64,000 nt of DNA from Patescibacteria group bacterium (GCA_040384485.1 JAZKJH010000003.1:144979-208978); one strand, 5' to 3'; counted from the stretch's first letter, positions 34,118 through 43,972 are shown. The notes: a model not told the origin generated them from the letters alone. Translations and numbers: made by a program.

Positions 34118-35244
34118 TTCACTCTCTTCAAAACATCAGTCAGTATTTTCGTAAGCTCGGGAGCCTTTTCTGTTTGAAACTTTTGTGCAAAGGCTTCTAC
34201 ATCTCCATTTAAAAATTGTTCCAAATTAAGTCCCGTGTCTTTTTCTAGACTTCTGTTTATATATCCAGTGGTTATGGCTCGCAAGTCTCTTTCGCCAGTC
34301 GTGTCACCGTCTGTACTTGTAGAAATGACTCCCAAAAGTTCCCCGTCATCATCCACCACAGCTCCACCTGACGAGCCCTTCTGGGAAACTACAGTTCCGC
34401 CAACAGCAAGGAGATCCACCGTTCCTTCTTTGTATGTAAAAACATCTTGTATTGTCGTGATAGCACTAACTAGACTTAAATTTTGAGCGATAGTCTGTCC
34501 CCCCAGGAAACCAGCAGGGTAGGACACTAGTACAACTGACTCACCGATATCTATAACTGCTCTAATGTCTGGTTTTGTATGAGGAATATTTGTTGAGATA
34601 GGTGTTCCATCCACATGACCTGTAACTCGCAGGAAAGCAAAATCATACTCACCTGTTCCCAAAGGATTTTGGTCTTTTATGGTGGTGGTATTTTCTCTAA
34701 CCCACTCTGGGGAAATATAAGCTAACTCGAGTGTGTATTTTGGATAGGCAGGACTACCAGTTCTCGCCACACATCGGATAAAATCTTTGTAATAAAGATC
34801 TTTGAGTAATAGATATTGAGCAATGTGCGCATTGGTCAGTATCACTCCACTTTCGTGTATAAGTATCCCTGTACCTGAAATAGGTGAGAGCGAGCCTACC
34901 CCTGTGGTGCAGAGTATGTTAACAACAGAACTCCGTGTTGCTAGGTTTATTTTTTCAAAATCAACAACTTTTTTCGGTACTTCTATTTTCGGCACATCTA
35001 TAATAACTTCCGGTTTTGTCTCAATTTTGGGAGGAGTCGGGGCGGCAACAGGTTTTTTGGCAACTTCTTCATTCACAACAACCTTTGTTTCCTCTGTTGA
35101 AGAGGCGATATCTAACACTGTTTCCGTTTCTGTTTCTGAGTTTTCAGTTGCAACTGTTGTTTCGACTTTGTTTCGCTCAGTATAAAAACTTACACCAGAT
35201 ACAATAAAAACAGTCCCAATTAGTATCAAAAAAGCTTTCTGCAT
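34114..35244 (-). CDS. Secreted trypsin-like (S1-family) serine protease
   Basis: Signal peptide, low-complexity linker, catalytic motifs TNAHI (His), D, and GSSGGAVVDDDGELLGVIS (Ser). Confidence 0.8.
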   Translation of the reverse strand: MQKAFLILIGTVFIVSGVSFYTERNKVETTVATENSETETETVLDIASSTEETKVVVNEEVAKKPVAAPTPPKIETKPEVIIDVPKIEVPKKVVDFEKINLATRSSVVNILCTTGVGSLSPISGTGILIHESGVILTNAHIAQYLLLKDLYYKDFIRCVARTGSPAYPKYTLELAYISPEWVRENTTTIKDQNPLGTGEYDFAFLRVTGHVDGTPISTNIPHTKPDIRAVIDIGESVVLVSYPAGFLGGQTIAQNLSLVSAITTIQDVFTYKEGTVDLLAVGGTVVSQKGSSGGAVVDDDGELLGVISTSTDGDTTGERDLRAITTGYINRSLEKDTGLNLEQFLNGDVEAFAQKFQTEKAPELTKILTDVLKRVN

Positions 35245-35433
35245 AATGTGATGATTATATCACTAAATGAAAACATATAATTTTTTGATTCTGCACTGTG
35301 TTTCTGTAGGTACATAAGCATTTGGTGGCAGATTTAGGCAAAAACATGGACTGTACGCATACCACAAAACATCGCAGGACCTTCTTCTGTTAAATTGCAG
35401 ATATTGGAGTTTTCTGATAACATATTTAACAAT

Positions 35434-35504
35434 ACGGGATTAGTTTAGTGGTAAAATGACTGCCTTCCAAGCAGTATACACCAGTTCGATTCTGGTATCC
35501 CGTA
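35434..35504 (+). tRNA. tRNA-Gly (anticodon TCC)
   Basis: Acceptor ACGGGAT/ATCCCGT, anticodon stem ACTGC/GCAGT with loop CTTCCAA, T arm ACCAG-TTCGATT-CTGGT; followed by a terminator. Confidence 0.7.
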
Positions 35505-35511
35505 CATTAAT

Positions 35512-35546
35512 AAAAAACACCAATTGGAGGTGTTTTTTATTTTTTC
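35512..35546 (+). terminator. Rho-independent terminator after tRNA-Gly
   Basis: ACACCAATTGGAGGTGT followed by a long T run. Confidence 0.65.
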
Positions 35547-35695
35547 TTAATAATTTGCTTTAACGTAGACAAAATTATCCCTGACTGGTTCTACCATCCC
35601 AACTTTTTCCAAAGCATGAAATATTCCTCATCTTATATAAAAATAAAAAACACCGTATTCTGCTAACTAGTAGAATACGGTGCGATGCAGAGAGA

Positions 35696-35980
35696 TTATT
35701 TCCAAAGTGGAATTAATCCGTGGTCGATCTTTTTTCCAGACAGCACATTCAATGTCATAAACATGAGACATCCAAAGGAGCCCATGAAGCCAAAAAATGA
35801 AAATATCGCCAGCACGAACCCAAGATTCACCGTGACAAGTTCAAGAACTAGCGGCGGGTTTTTCATCTCTACTGTAAAAGTAAAAAGATAGAAACCCACG
35901 AGAATCATCAAGAAACAAACCACTGAGCCAATAAGCGTTGTAAACCAGAGTTTGAATGATTTCATTTTTCCTCCTCGCAT
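35696..35980 (-). CDS. Small membrane protein (94 aa, three hydrophobic helices)
   Basis: ORF only; strongly hydrophobic. Confidence 0.4.
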   Translation of the reverse strand: MRGGKMKSFKLWFTTLIGSVVCFLMILVGFYLFTFTVEMKNPPLVLELVTVNLGFVLAIFSFFGFMGSFGCLMFMTLNVLSGKKIDHGLIPLWK

Positions 35981-36185
35981 TCGCGAGATGTAGACCTTGG
36001 CGTAATTGCCAGGTTTACTATACGGGGTGCTCGATTGAGCAAATCTTGGGGAGTCAACGAACTATCTAAGAAAATAATACCACGCATAACAAATAACGTC
36101 AAACATATAATTTATAAACTATATATTATTCAATAAAAAGGTTTATTTTAAAACATATAAATGATATAATATATTTATATCATTT

Positions 36186-36929
36186 ATGAAAAATATAGAT
36201 TTAGAATTGAAAAAAGTTGGTTTGTTGAGCTCAGAAATCACTGTTTATAAATTTTTACTATCCAGTGGACTATCTAGTCCGCCAGATATAGCCCAAGGTA
36301 CCAAGTTATTAAGGCCAAATGTATATGGGGTTTTGAAAAGCTTAAGAAGGATGAACTTGATAGATGTAAGACAGAAAGGAAAAAGAATTTTGTACTTGGC
36401 CAAGGACCCAGAAGCCCTAATCGTTTCATTGGAGAACAAGAAGGAGGCAATAGAGAGTATACTGCCAGACCTAAGGGATTTGTTTAAAAGTGAAAAAAAC
36501 AAACCATCTACTAGGTATTATTACGGTTTAGAAGAGATAAAAACTATTTTTAAAGAATGTGGTGATGCAAAAGAGATTTTATTTATAGTGACTACGGATA
36601 AGTTATTTACTACTTACTCGAGTTTTTTTGATAAATTTAGGTCGGATATGACAAAACAAGGAGTTTTTATTAAAGATATCTTAACTTATGGGTCGAAAGA
36701 GAGTGTGGCCATCCCAACCAAGGAAACTATGAAAGGATATTATGACTACAGAGTTCTTTCTGGTGACAACAACTCCTATCCAACCAGTATTAGGATTTGG
36801 GGGGATAATGTGGCGTTGGTCACTCTAGAGGAAAGCGCCATTGGAATGGTTATCACCAATAAAGCTATGGCAGAAACATTCAAAATGATTTTTAATGTAA
36901 TGTGGTCTCAATCCAAGCCACAATTTTAA
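36186..36929 (+). CDS. TrmB-family transcriptional regulator
   Basis: N-terminal winged-helix segment (LSSEITVYKFLLSSGLSSPPDIAQGTKLLRPNVYGVLKSL) and TrmB-like C-terminal domain, 247 aa. Confidence 0.6.
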   Translation: MKNIDLELKKVGLLSSEITVYKFLLSSGLSSPPDIAQGTKLLRPNVYGVLKSLRRMNLIDVRQKGKRILYLAKDPEALIVSLENKKEAIESILPDLRDLFKSEKNKPSTRYYYGLEEIKTIFKECGDAKEILFIVTTDKLFTTYSSFFDKFRSDMTKQGVFIKDILTYGSKESVAIPTKETMKGYYDYRVLSGDNNSYPTSIRIWGDNVALVTLEESAIGMVITNKAMAETFKMIFNVMWSQSKPQF

Positions 36930-37565
36930 TTGATACCAGCTATTCATGGTATTATTTATTTTATGACTAAACAAATTGTTGTTATTCACGGGGGAGATAC
37001 TTTTGAGACATATGATAAATATTTAGAATTCCTTAATGATTTTGAGATTAACCTCGAATGGTATAAAACTAGTAAAAATGACTGGAAACCTTGGCTTAGA
37101 GAGAGATTGGGGAGTGAATACGAAGTTATTCTGCCTCAAATGCCAAACAAGACTAATGCTCAGTATGAGGAATGGAGTTTGTGGTTTGAAAAACTCATTC
37201 CTTTTTTAAATGATGAGGTTATTTTAATCGGGCACTCTCTCGGGGCTGTCTTTTTAGCTAAGTATCTTTCGCTAAACAAGTTTCCAAAAACAATAAAAGG
37301 AGTATTTTTAGTGGGCGCCGTATATAATAAGGACACTGACGGGTACACATTAGCTAGCTTTTCTATACCAGATAGCCTCGATCTTCAAAGTGATAATGTG
37401 TTTCTCTATCACAGCGAAGATGACCCAGTCGTGCCATTTTCTGATTTGGCGTTATATGAAAAAGCATTACCACATGCAATAGCTAGAGTTTTTAAAGATA
37501 GACAGCATCTTACTCAGTCGGAGTTTCCTGAGCTGGCTGAAGACATTTTAAAAATAACGATCTAA
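36930..37565 (+). CDS. Alpha/beta-hydrolase-fold serine hydrolase (YdeN/RBBP9-like)
   Basis: Nucleophile elbow GHSLG, downstream Asp/His candidates, ~200 aa; start overlaps the previous stop. Confidence 0.65.
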   Translation: MIPAIHGIIYFMTKQIVVIHGGDTFETYDKYLEFLNDFEINLEWYKTSKNDWKPWLRERLGSEYEVILPQMPNKTNAQYEEWSLWFEKLIPFLNDEVILIGHSLGAVFLAKYLSLNKFPKTIKGVFLVGAVYNKDTDGYTLASFSIPDSLDLQSDNVFLYHSEDDPVVPFSDLALYEKALPHAIARVFKDRQHLTQSEFPELAEDILKITI

Positions 37566-37582
37566 TTAGACCGTTTTAAACT

Positions 37583-37610
37583 AAAAAAGCACCCACATGG
37601 TGCTTTTTTC
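37583..37610. terminator. Bidirectional rho-independent terminator between convergent genes
   Basis: aaaaaAGCACCCACATGGTGCTttttt. Confidence 0.7.
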
Positions 37611-37631
37611 GATTTCCTCTAGAGAAAATGC

Positions 37632-37904
37632 TTATTTAACTGAGTCCTTCAGAGCCTTAGCCGCTCTAAACTTAGGAACTTTCATTGCTGGAACAGAGAT
37701 ACTCTCACCTGTTCTAGGGTTTCTAGCTTGTCTCGCAGCTCTTGTCTTTGTTGAAAAGATACCTAGACCTGCTACTGAAACTTCACCACCAGTTTTTAGG
37801 GTAGACACGATAGAGTCTATCACTATATCCATCACTTCCTCTGCTTGAACCTTAGTTCCGCCTAGTTTCGCATGAATTGCTTCTACGATTGCTTGCTTGT
37901 TCAT
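37632..37904 (-). CDS. hup: HU-family DNA-binding protein
   Basis: MNKQAIVEAIHAKLGGTK...GFGIFSTKTRAARQARNPRTGE.ISVPAMKVPKFRAAKALKD is a classic HU fold; the start is taken at the internal Met (the ORF track over-extends). Confidence 0.85.
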   Translation of the reverse strand: MNKQAIVEAIHAKLGGTKVQAEEVMDIVIDSIVSTLKTGGEVSVAGLGIFSTKTRAARQARNPRTGESISVPAMKVPKFRAAKALKDSVK

Positions 37905-38195
37905 ATTTTGTTTTCTTAAACCTATAATACTTACGCAAATCAATTCGACCCTTTACCTACTATAAAGTTATTATATACCAAGGGTTTTTTAGCGCAACAG
38001 ATAGACAAAGGTAACAAAATATTGTTTATTTTAAACAAACTTTCTTAAAATTTTATTAATCAGACCCACCAAAATTCATATTTTAAGTAAATTTTAGTCG
38101 AGCTGTGTTTTTTACAACGCATTGAGTGATTATTTTTTCTAAAATATTGCACGAACTATTGAAAAACTCCAACACCACCACAAATAAAACACTAA

Positions 38196-39725
38196 TTACC
38201 TCGCAAACTCTATGCTTCGCATCTCTCTTATCACTGTCACTTTTATTTCTCCAGGATATTTTAATTCACTTTCTATTTTTACAGCAATATCCCTCGCCAT
38301 TTTTCTTGCTTCCAAATCAGTTACATCATTTGGAGTAACAAAAATTCTTATTTCTCTTCCTGCCTGTAGTGCGTATGCTTTTTCTACACCTTTGAATTGA
38401 GACGCAACAGCTTCTAAGTCTTTCAATCTCTTTAAGTAATTTTCAACACTGTCTCGTCTTGCTCCAGGTCTTCCACCAGAAATAGCATCTGCAGTTTGAA
38501 CTATCATAGACTCCACTGTTTCATATGGGTATTCTTCGTGATGAGCCTGCATCGCTTTGATTACCGCTTCATCAGTTCCAAATTTTTGTAAAATTCTTCT
38601 TCCAATTTCCACATGTGTTCCGACCACTTCATGATCAAGCGCTTTTCCTATGTCGTGCACCAGAGCTCCTGCTTTAGCCACAGCAACATTCGCTCCTATT
38701 TCTTCTGCTATCATTCCTGCAATATGAGTCATTTCTATAGAGTGGGCTAGGACATTTTGGCCATAACTTGTTCGGAAGTGTAGTCGTCCAAGAATAGATA
38801 TCACTCTTGGATCAAGGCCAATAACACCTGTTTCGTAAACAGCTTCTTCACCTTTCTCTTTCATCATTTTATTTACTTCTTCTTCTGACTTCTGAACCAT
38901 CTCCTCTATTTTTGCAGGTTGGATCCTTCCGTCAGCGATAAGTTTCTCTAAAGCGATTTTTGCAATTTGTCTTCGAACTGGATCAAAAGAAGATATAGTG
39001 ATAGAGCCTGGTGTGTCATCTACTATGACTTCAACTCCAGTCCATCTTTCAAAAGCTTTTATATTTCTACCTTCTTTTCCAATTATCTTTCCTTTTATTT
39101 CATCGTTCTGTATCGCAACATGGGTTGTAAGCATGTCAGAAGAAACAGAGTTCGCTAGTCGCTGGATAGAAGTAGCCAAAATAGACTTTGCTTTTTCTTC
39201 TAGTTTGTCTTCACCATCCTGTTCAAGTTTTTTTAGTCTTACTAAAATATCTTCTTCAGATTCTCTCTCAATTTTTTTAATTATCTCTTCTTTGGCTTGT
39301 TCGGGAGTTAGTCTAGCTATCTTCTGAAGTTCTTCTTTTTTCTCACGTTCAATTTTATCAGCATTTTCTCTAATTATTTTTATTTCTTCAATTCTTTTTT
39401 TAACTTCTTCTACTTCCTTGTCTATGTCTCTTTGTCTGCCATCAAGTAACTCATCTTTTTTGATAAGCCTTTCTTCTGTCTTTTTCAATCCTTCTTCTTT
39501 TTCTTTAGATTCCTTTCTGGCAACCTTTAGTATTTCTTCCGCCTCTTTCTCTGCCTCTTCTATTATTTTCTGTTCACGTTCTTTTGCAGCCAGCTCCATC
39601 TGTTTCAGGTCTAGTTCCATTGAACCTTTTTTCCCAAGGGAAATAATAAGGCGCAAATAGTAACCTAGCCCTAAAGAAACTAGGGAAGCTATGCTCAAAA
39701 GCAGCACAACTATTTTTAATGACAT
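38196..39725 (-). CDS. rny: Ribonuclease Y
   Basis: N-terminal TM, long coiled coil, KH domain (GKIIGKEGRNIK), HD domain (ALVHDIGKA), 509 aa. Confidence 0.9.
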   Translation of the reverse strand: MSLKIVVLLLSIASLVSLGLGYYLRLIISLGKKGSMELDLKQMELAAKEREQKIIEEAEKEAEEILKVARKESKEKEEGLKKTEERLIKKDELLDGRQRDIDKEVEEVKKRIEEIKIIRENADKIEREKKEELQKIARLTPEQAKEEIIKKIERESEEDILVRLKKLEQDGEDKLEEKAKSILATSIQRLANSVSSDMLTTHVAIQNDEIKGKIIGKEGRNIKAFERWTGVEVIVDDTPGSITISSFDPVRRQIAKIALEKLIADGRIQPAKIEEMVQKSEEEVNKMMKEKGEEAVYETGVIGLDPRVISILGRLHFRTSYGQNVLAHSIEMTHIAGMIAEEIGANVAVAKAGALVHDIGKALDHEVVGTHVEIGRRILQKFGTDEAVIKAMQAHHEEYPYETVESMIVQTADAISGGRPGARRDSVENYLKRLKDLEAVASQFKGVEKAYALQAGREIRIFVTPNDVTDLEARKMARDIAVKIESELKYPGEIKVTVIREMRSIEFAR

Positions 39726-39939
39726 GTTTTTCGAGTAACGTTCGCTTTTGCTTTCTGCATTCAGGGACCGAGTGAGTGTTGAGAATTATCTATATTTTAG
39801 GCTATTTTTTGGAAAATTCGGGAATTTCGGACGTAATCAGGACAAAATCTGCAATATTTAATGTAAAAATCAAAAACTACTAATTACAATTAATCAGTAA
39901 TATTCAAACTATATATGAGTAGTAGGGTTTTGTCCAATT

Positions 39940-40509
39940 TTACAACACCTTGTCCACAATTCCATACTTTTTAGCCTCCTCAGCTGACATAAAGAAGTCT
40001 CTATCTATATCTTTTTCTACCTTCGAAACTGGCTGACCTGTGTTTTTAGACATTATTTTAGCCAAATTCTCTCTAGTTTTTAGTATGTGTCGAGCAGTAA
40101 TCTCGATATCTGATGCCTGTCCTTCCGCACCTCCTAGTGGCTGGTGTATCATTACTTCTGAGTTAGGTAGTGCATATCTTTTGCCTTTTTTACCCGCAGA
40201 TAGTAACCAAGCCCCACCGGAAGCTGCCATTCCTACACATATAGTAGATACATCGTTTTTGATATGATTCATGGTGTCAATCATTGCTAGTGTTGCTGTG
40301 ACTGAGCCACCTGGTGAGTTTATGTATAAATGTATGTCTTTTTTAGGATCTTCAGACTGCAAAAACAACATTTGAGCTATAACTAGGTTTGCTGAGTGTA
40401 AATCTATTGTTCCATCCAGGAAAATAATATTATCTCGCAAAAGGCGTGAAAATATATCATACGCTCTTTCTCCAAACTGTGATTTTTCTATAACTGTAGG
40501 TATAAGCAT
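39940..40509 (-). CDS. clpP: ATP-dependent Clp protease proteolytic subunit
   Basis: Catalytic [11 protein letters not shown] (Ser), His and Asp in the conserved context; 189 aa. Confidence 0.9.
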   Translation of the reverse strand: MLIPTVIEKSQFGERAYDIFSRLLRDNIIFLDGTIDLHSANLVIAQMLFLQSEDPKKDIHLYINSPGGSVTATLAMIDTMNHIKNDVSTICVGMAASGGAWLLSAGKKGKRYALPNSEVMIHQPLGGAEGQASDIEITARHILKTRENLAKIMSKNTGQPVSKVEKDIDRDFFMSAEEAKKYGIVDKVL

Positions 40510-40637
40510 AATTTATATAAGAATTAACCAATAATACCAATCTTTTAGGTAAAGTGAGTATAACAGAAAGCTAAAAATAGGTAAAACCTTGTTGACATAA
40601 GTATTTGCTGGCTGTAACCTGTCTAAGGAGGTTCTGA

Positions 40638-40844
40638 TTGCGCGTAGTCGATGATAGCCAGGTCTTTTATGGGGTAGCCAGGATGTGCACATTCGAAGAA
40701 TGTGGAAGGAAACTGTCTCACCTCAACAAGACCGACCAGTGTTTCTCACACAAGATTACTTCCGGACACCCACAAGGGAAGCCGGGATTCCATCGATCGA
40801 TAGGAGCAGGACGACGGGCTGTAGCAAGGATTGGGAGGGGTTAA
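40638..40844 (+). CDS. Possible small Cys/His-containing protein (68 aa, TTG start) in a higher-GC segment with strong Shine-Dalgarno and terminator; it could instead be a non-coding RNA
   Basis: AAGGAGGT sits 5 nt before the TTG; translation ...RMCTFEECGRKLSHLNKTDQCFSHK... with an Arg-rich tail. Promoter-like TTGACA-17-TAACCT at 40592-40620; terminator at 40834-40860. Confidence 0.3.
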   Translation: MRVVDDSQVFYGVARMCTFEECGRKLSHLNKTDQCFSHKITSGHPQGKPGFHRSIGAGRRAVARIGRG

Positions 40845-40860
40845 CACCCCTCTCTTTTTT
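40834..40860 (+). terminator. Rho-independent terminator
   Basis: GGGAGGGGTTAACACCCCTCTC followed by tttttt. Confidence 0.7.
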
Positions 40861-40892
40861 AATACATAAAACTATTGTATATTATAGTCAAC

Positions 40893-41597
40893 ATGAGATT
40901 ACATCGTTTTTATACAAGCACTCCTATTGAATCAGACAATTTTGAGTTCAACGATAGAGAAGTTATTCACCAATGGAAAAAGGTTTTTCGATATAACGTT
41001 GGAAGTCAGGTTATTGTTTTTGATGGTAGGGGAATGGACTATTTGTGCATGATATCAGCCTTGCGTCCAGGCGGAGCAAGTCTTATGGTGGTAAACAGGA
41101 AAAAGACGGATTTTTCAAATAGAAAAAATATTGTTTTGTGTGTCGGACTTATTAAAAAAGATAATTTTGAGATGGTGGTTCAAAAAGCAGTAGAATTGGG
41201 CGTAAACCATATTGTTCCTGTGCTTTGTGAAAGAAGTGAGAAAAGAAAAATAAATCCAGAAAGACTGGATAAAATTATTATTGAATCCACCGAACAGTCA
41301 GGTAGGGGAGACTTGATGACTGTTAGTAAATCTATGACCATCCAGGAAGTGTTGGATTTAGGAATTTTGCCTCAAGAAAAAGTAGCATTTCATCCAGATG
41401 GAACTTCCTTTAAACAATACAAAGAAAACACAAAACAAGTATCATTTGCGGCATTTGTCGGGCCAGAAGGCGGTTTTAGTGATAAAGAAATAGAGCTATT
41501 TAGAAAGCACAATATGCAAGTATTAGCACTAGGCCAAACTATTCTCCGTGCAGAAACTGCAAGTATAGTAGTAGCCAGCCAATTTCTTGTGGATTAA
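40893..41597 (+). CDS. rsmE: 16S rRNA (uracil1498-N3)-methyltransferase RsmE
   Basis: MRLHRFY start typical of RsmE, PUA-like N-terminus, SPOUT C-terminus with GPEGGFS motif. Confidence 0.8.
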   Translation: MRLHRFYTSTPIESDNFEFNDREVIHQWKKVFRYNVGSQVIVFDGRGMDYLCMISALRPGGASLMVVNRKKTDFSNRKNIVLCVGLIKKDNFEMVVQKAVELGVNHIVPVLCERSEKRKINPERLDKIIIESTEQSGRGDLMTVSKSMTIQEVLDLGILPQEKVAFHPDGTSFKQYKENTKQVSFAAFVGPEGGFSDKEIELFRKHNMQVLALGQTILRAETASIVVASQFLVD

Positions 41598-41624
41598 CAT
41601 TTGAGACGAGTCTACATTTTATAA

Positions 41625-41695
41625 AAAAGACTAGTAAGCGCGACGGCGCGAACTCAAGCAAAATTCTAGCAAGAATTTATGCGTGTCTTTTTTTA
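41625..41695 (+). repeat. ~68-nt intergenic repeat, copy 1 (second copy at 53985-54052)
   Basis: GACTAGTAAGCGCGACGGCGCGAACTCAAGCAAAATTCTAGCAAGAATTTATGCGTGTCTTTTT versus GACTAGGTAGCGCGACGGCGCGGACTCAAGGAAAATTTTAGCAAAAATTTATCCGTGTCTTTTT; roughly 88% identical by eye, same orientation. Confidence 0.6.
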
Positions 41696-41716
41696 TAAAA
41701 TCGTAGCGAGGAACTT

Positions 41717-42784
41717 TTATTTCTGACCCTCTAAAAACTGAAACACTAGTTCATTAGTAAGGAAAGTTTCCACATACATTCTAACTCGGAATCTCTCAGC
41801 ATCTTTGTGTTGAGAGAGTATGTTTTCCATTTCTTTTTTGATTTCTTCCTCAGCAGGGGCAATAGACTCATCTTTTGCAATAGTGTTTAGAATTATTTGG
41901 GATTTTGCTCGTTTCACTGCGACATCTTTCCATTCCGTTCTTAGATCCGCTTCAGTTTTTTTGATATGCAATAGATATTCTTCATAACTGCCTCCAGCTC
42001 TGGCTATATCGTCTTTTAGTTGAGCCAGCATTTTATCCATCTCACCGTCTATAATAATTCTAGGTAGTTCTATGGTAGACGCTTCCATAACCGCTTCCAA
42101 GATAGCTGTTCTTTTCTTATCTTTTTCTTTTATTGATTTTTCTGCAGCGATATTTTCTTTGATTTTCGCTTTTAAGTCTTCTGCATTTTTAAAGTCTCCT
42201 AGGAGTTTTACAAAATTCTCGTCTACTGGAGGCAAATCCTCGTCTTTTATTTCACCGTGACCGTGTCCTTCGTCATCAGGGTTCTCGGTGTGCCATTTTT
42301 GGTGAGCAAGGTTTCTCTGAATGTTTTTTATCACATCATCAACTTCCTTCTCCGACACTTCAGGAGTCTTTGTTTCACTGGAGTTCTCTTTTTTTGCCAA
42401 CTTTTTGTAATCAGTAAGTTTCACGTCTGGCATTAAGAAAGTATTTATTTTAAACTCCATCTCACTACCTACTCCTAGTTTTGTGATAGAAATTTCTGGT
42501 CTGCCTATAGCGTCTAAGTTGTGTTCGTCCAAAATAGCAGGGTATTCTTCGTTTAGAGCAATTTCAGCTGCTTCTTCAAGTAGTCTACCTTCTCCAACTT
42601 TTTGAGCGATAAGGTTTTCTGGAGCGTTTCCTTTTCTAAAACCTGGTAGTTCAACTGACTCCTTTAGTTTGCTAATAGCTTTGGCTCGCATGTCGGCCAT
42701 CTTTTCCGCAGTTATTGTTCCAATAATTTCCACTTCTCTTTCAGGAAGGGAATTTATAACGATGTTTTTATAGTTTTTTGACAT
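41717..42784 (-). CDS. tig: Trigger factor (short form, apparently lacking the PPIase domain)
   Basis: N-terminal ribosome-binding signature LPGFRKGNAP; 355 aa against ~430 aa for a canonical Tig. Confidence 0.75.
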   Translation of the reverse strand: MSKNYKNIVINSLPEREVEIIGTITAEKMADMRAKAISKLKESVELPGFRKGNAPENLIAQKVGEGRLLEEAAEIALNEEYPAILDEHNLDAIGRPEISITKLGVGSEMEFKINTFLMPDVKLTDYKKLAKKENSSETKTPEVSEKEVDDVIKNIQRNLAHQKWHTENPDDEGHGHGEIKDEDLPPVDENFVKLLGDFKNAEDLKAKIKENIAAEKSIKEKDKKRTAILEAVMEASTIELPRIIIDGEMDKMLAQLKDDIARAGGSYEEYLLHIKKTEADLRTEWKDVAVKRAKSQIILNTIAKDESIAPAEEEIKKEMENILSQHKDAERFRVRMYVETFLTNELVFQFLEGQK

Positions 42785-42913
42785 AGTTCTTAGAGTCTAT
42801 ATTATCAATAGCTTTTTATCAACTCTCATTTTATTAGTTTAAGGTAAAGAAAAAAGAGACACAAAAACCAGTGAGAAAAAATTTTAGTCACTGGTCCCTG
42901 TTAAAGTCGCTTA

Positions 42914-43159
42914 TTAAAACTCTGATGCCGGTTCAGGATTGGTAGAATTCAATTCAGCTTCTATTGTATCCAAGTCATCGTCTGAACTTAAACTCAAAAT
43001 AGTTTCCACATCACTTTCGCTACTTTCATTCAATAGGTTGTTACCTGTTCTAGTTTCTTCAACTCTTTTTCCCCAGAAGTACAGAGCTCCAAGAATAATA
43101 ACCGCAATAATCAATATTGTTGCTATGATTGAACCTATTCCTGCTTTTTTTTCTTCCAT
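42914..43159 (-). CDS. Small bitopic membrane protein with an acidic, Ser-rich tail
   Basis: ORF with one TM (IIATILIIAVIILGALYFW). Confidence 0.4.
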   Translation of the reverse strand: MEEKKAGIGSIIATILIIAVIILGALYFWGKRVEETRTGNNLLNESSESDVETILSLSSDDDLDTIEAELNSTNPEPASEF

Positions 43160-43183
43160 ATTATTGTTTGTTAGATAACTTTA

Positions 43184-43972
43184 TTAATTGCTTGTAGTTG
43201 TGGATGCATTACCTTGTTTTAGCTGAGAAACACCTCTTAGGCTCCCTACTATTTTCATAAGTGATTGGTGTGTGTTTCTTAGGTGCTTGTGAACCTCTGT
43301 TGTAGCTGATTTTATTGAGCCAAGTGCGATTTCTGTTACTGGTTCGCCTGTTGTTTCGTTAGTCACCACAGTTTTCATTCCGGATAGAGCAGTCTTTGCT
43401 TCCTCAAGATGCATTTTAGCTTCAGACATTAGAGTTTCTGCTTCTGTTGTATTCCCACTCTCAGCTTTTATCTTCTCTATTCTAGATCCAAGTTTCTCCA
43501 TGATGGATTCTTCGCGGGCAATAGTTGCTTCTAATTTCGAGACCGCTTTTTCTAGTCTTGCGTCTACTTTTTTTACCATCATTTCTTTTCTTTTTGCTTC
43601 AATCTCGGTTTTTCGTAGTTCCATTTTTTGCTTTATTTCCTCTCGAGCCTCTTCTCTTTGAGCAGTTGTTGATGCCTTTCTTTCTTCGATGGCTGTAGCC
43701 CTCTCAGTTCTCGTAGCTTCAATTGTTGCCTTCCTTGCTTCTGCAGTTGTTGCCTTCTCAGTTCTAGCTGTTTCAACCGCTGCCTTTCTTTCCTCCATTC
43801 GAGCTTTCGCCTCTTCAATCTTTTCGTTTTTAGCAGGCATTATTGCGCGAAGTCTTGGCAACAAACCTTCATCTTTAGTTTCTAATGTACCTTCGGCAGT
43901 TTGTGCCATGGCAACTCCGCTCCATCCTAAGGCTACTGCAAACATGAGAATAAATAGTATGCTTTTTTTCAT
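43184..43972 (-). CDS. Secreted coiled-coil protein (Ala/Glu/Lys/Arg/Thr-rich)
   Basis: Signal peptide MKKSILFILMFAVALGWSGVAMAQ, then heptad-like repeats. Confidence 0.5.
   Translation of the reverse strand: MKKSILFILMFAVALGWSGVAMAQTAEGTLETKDEGLLPRLRAIMPAKNEKIEEAKARMEERKAAVETARTEKATTAEARKATIEATRTERATAIEERKASTTAQREEAREEIKQKMELRKTEIEAKRKEMMVKKVDARLEKAVSKLEATIAREESIMEKLGSRIEKIKAESGNTTEAETLMSEAKMHLEEAKTALSGMKTVVTNETTGEPVTEIALGSIKSATTEVHKHLRNTHQSLMKIVGSLRGVSQLKQGNASTTTSN

Noticed and set aside
40592-40860. Possibility that the GC-rich unit between clpP and rsmE is RNase P RNA, tmRNA, SRP RNA or 6S RNA
   Set aside because: I looked for the P4 core (AGGAAAGUCCGGGCUCC / ACAGAANCCGGCUUA) and the GGUGAAA segment of RNase P, a tmRNA-style tRNA-like 3' end (GGUUCGAnUCC...CCA) and the SRP GGAA-tetraloop helix 8 (GGUCCGGAAGGAAGCAGCC). 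None is present in a convincing form. It is kept only as an unclassified small ORF/RNA finding.
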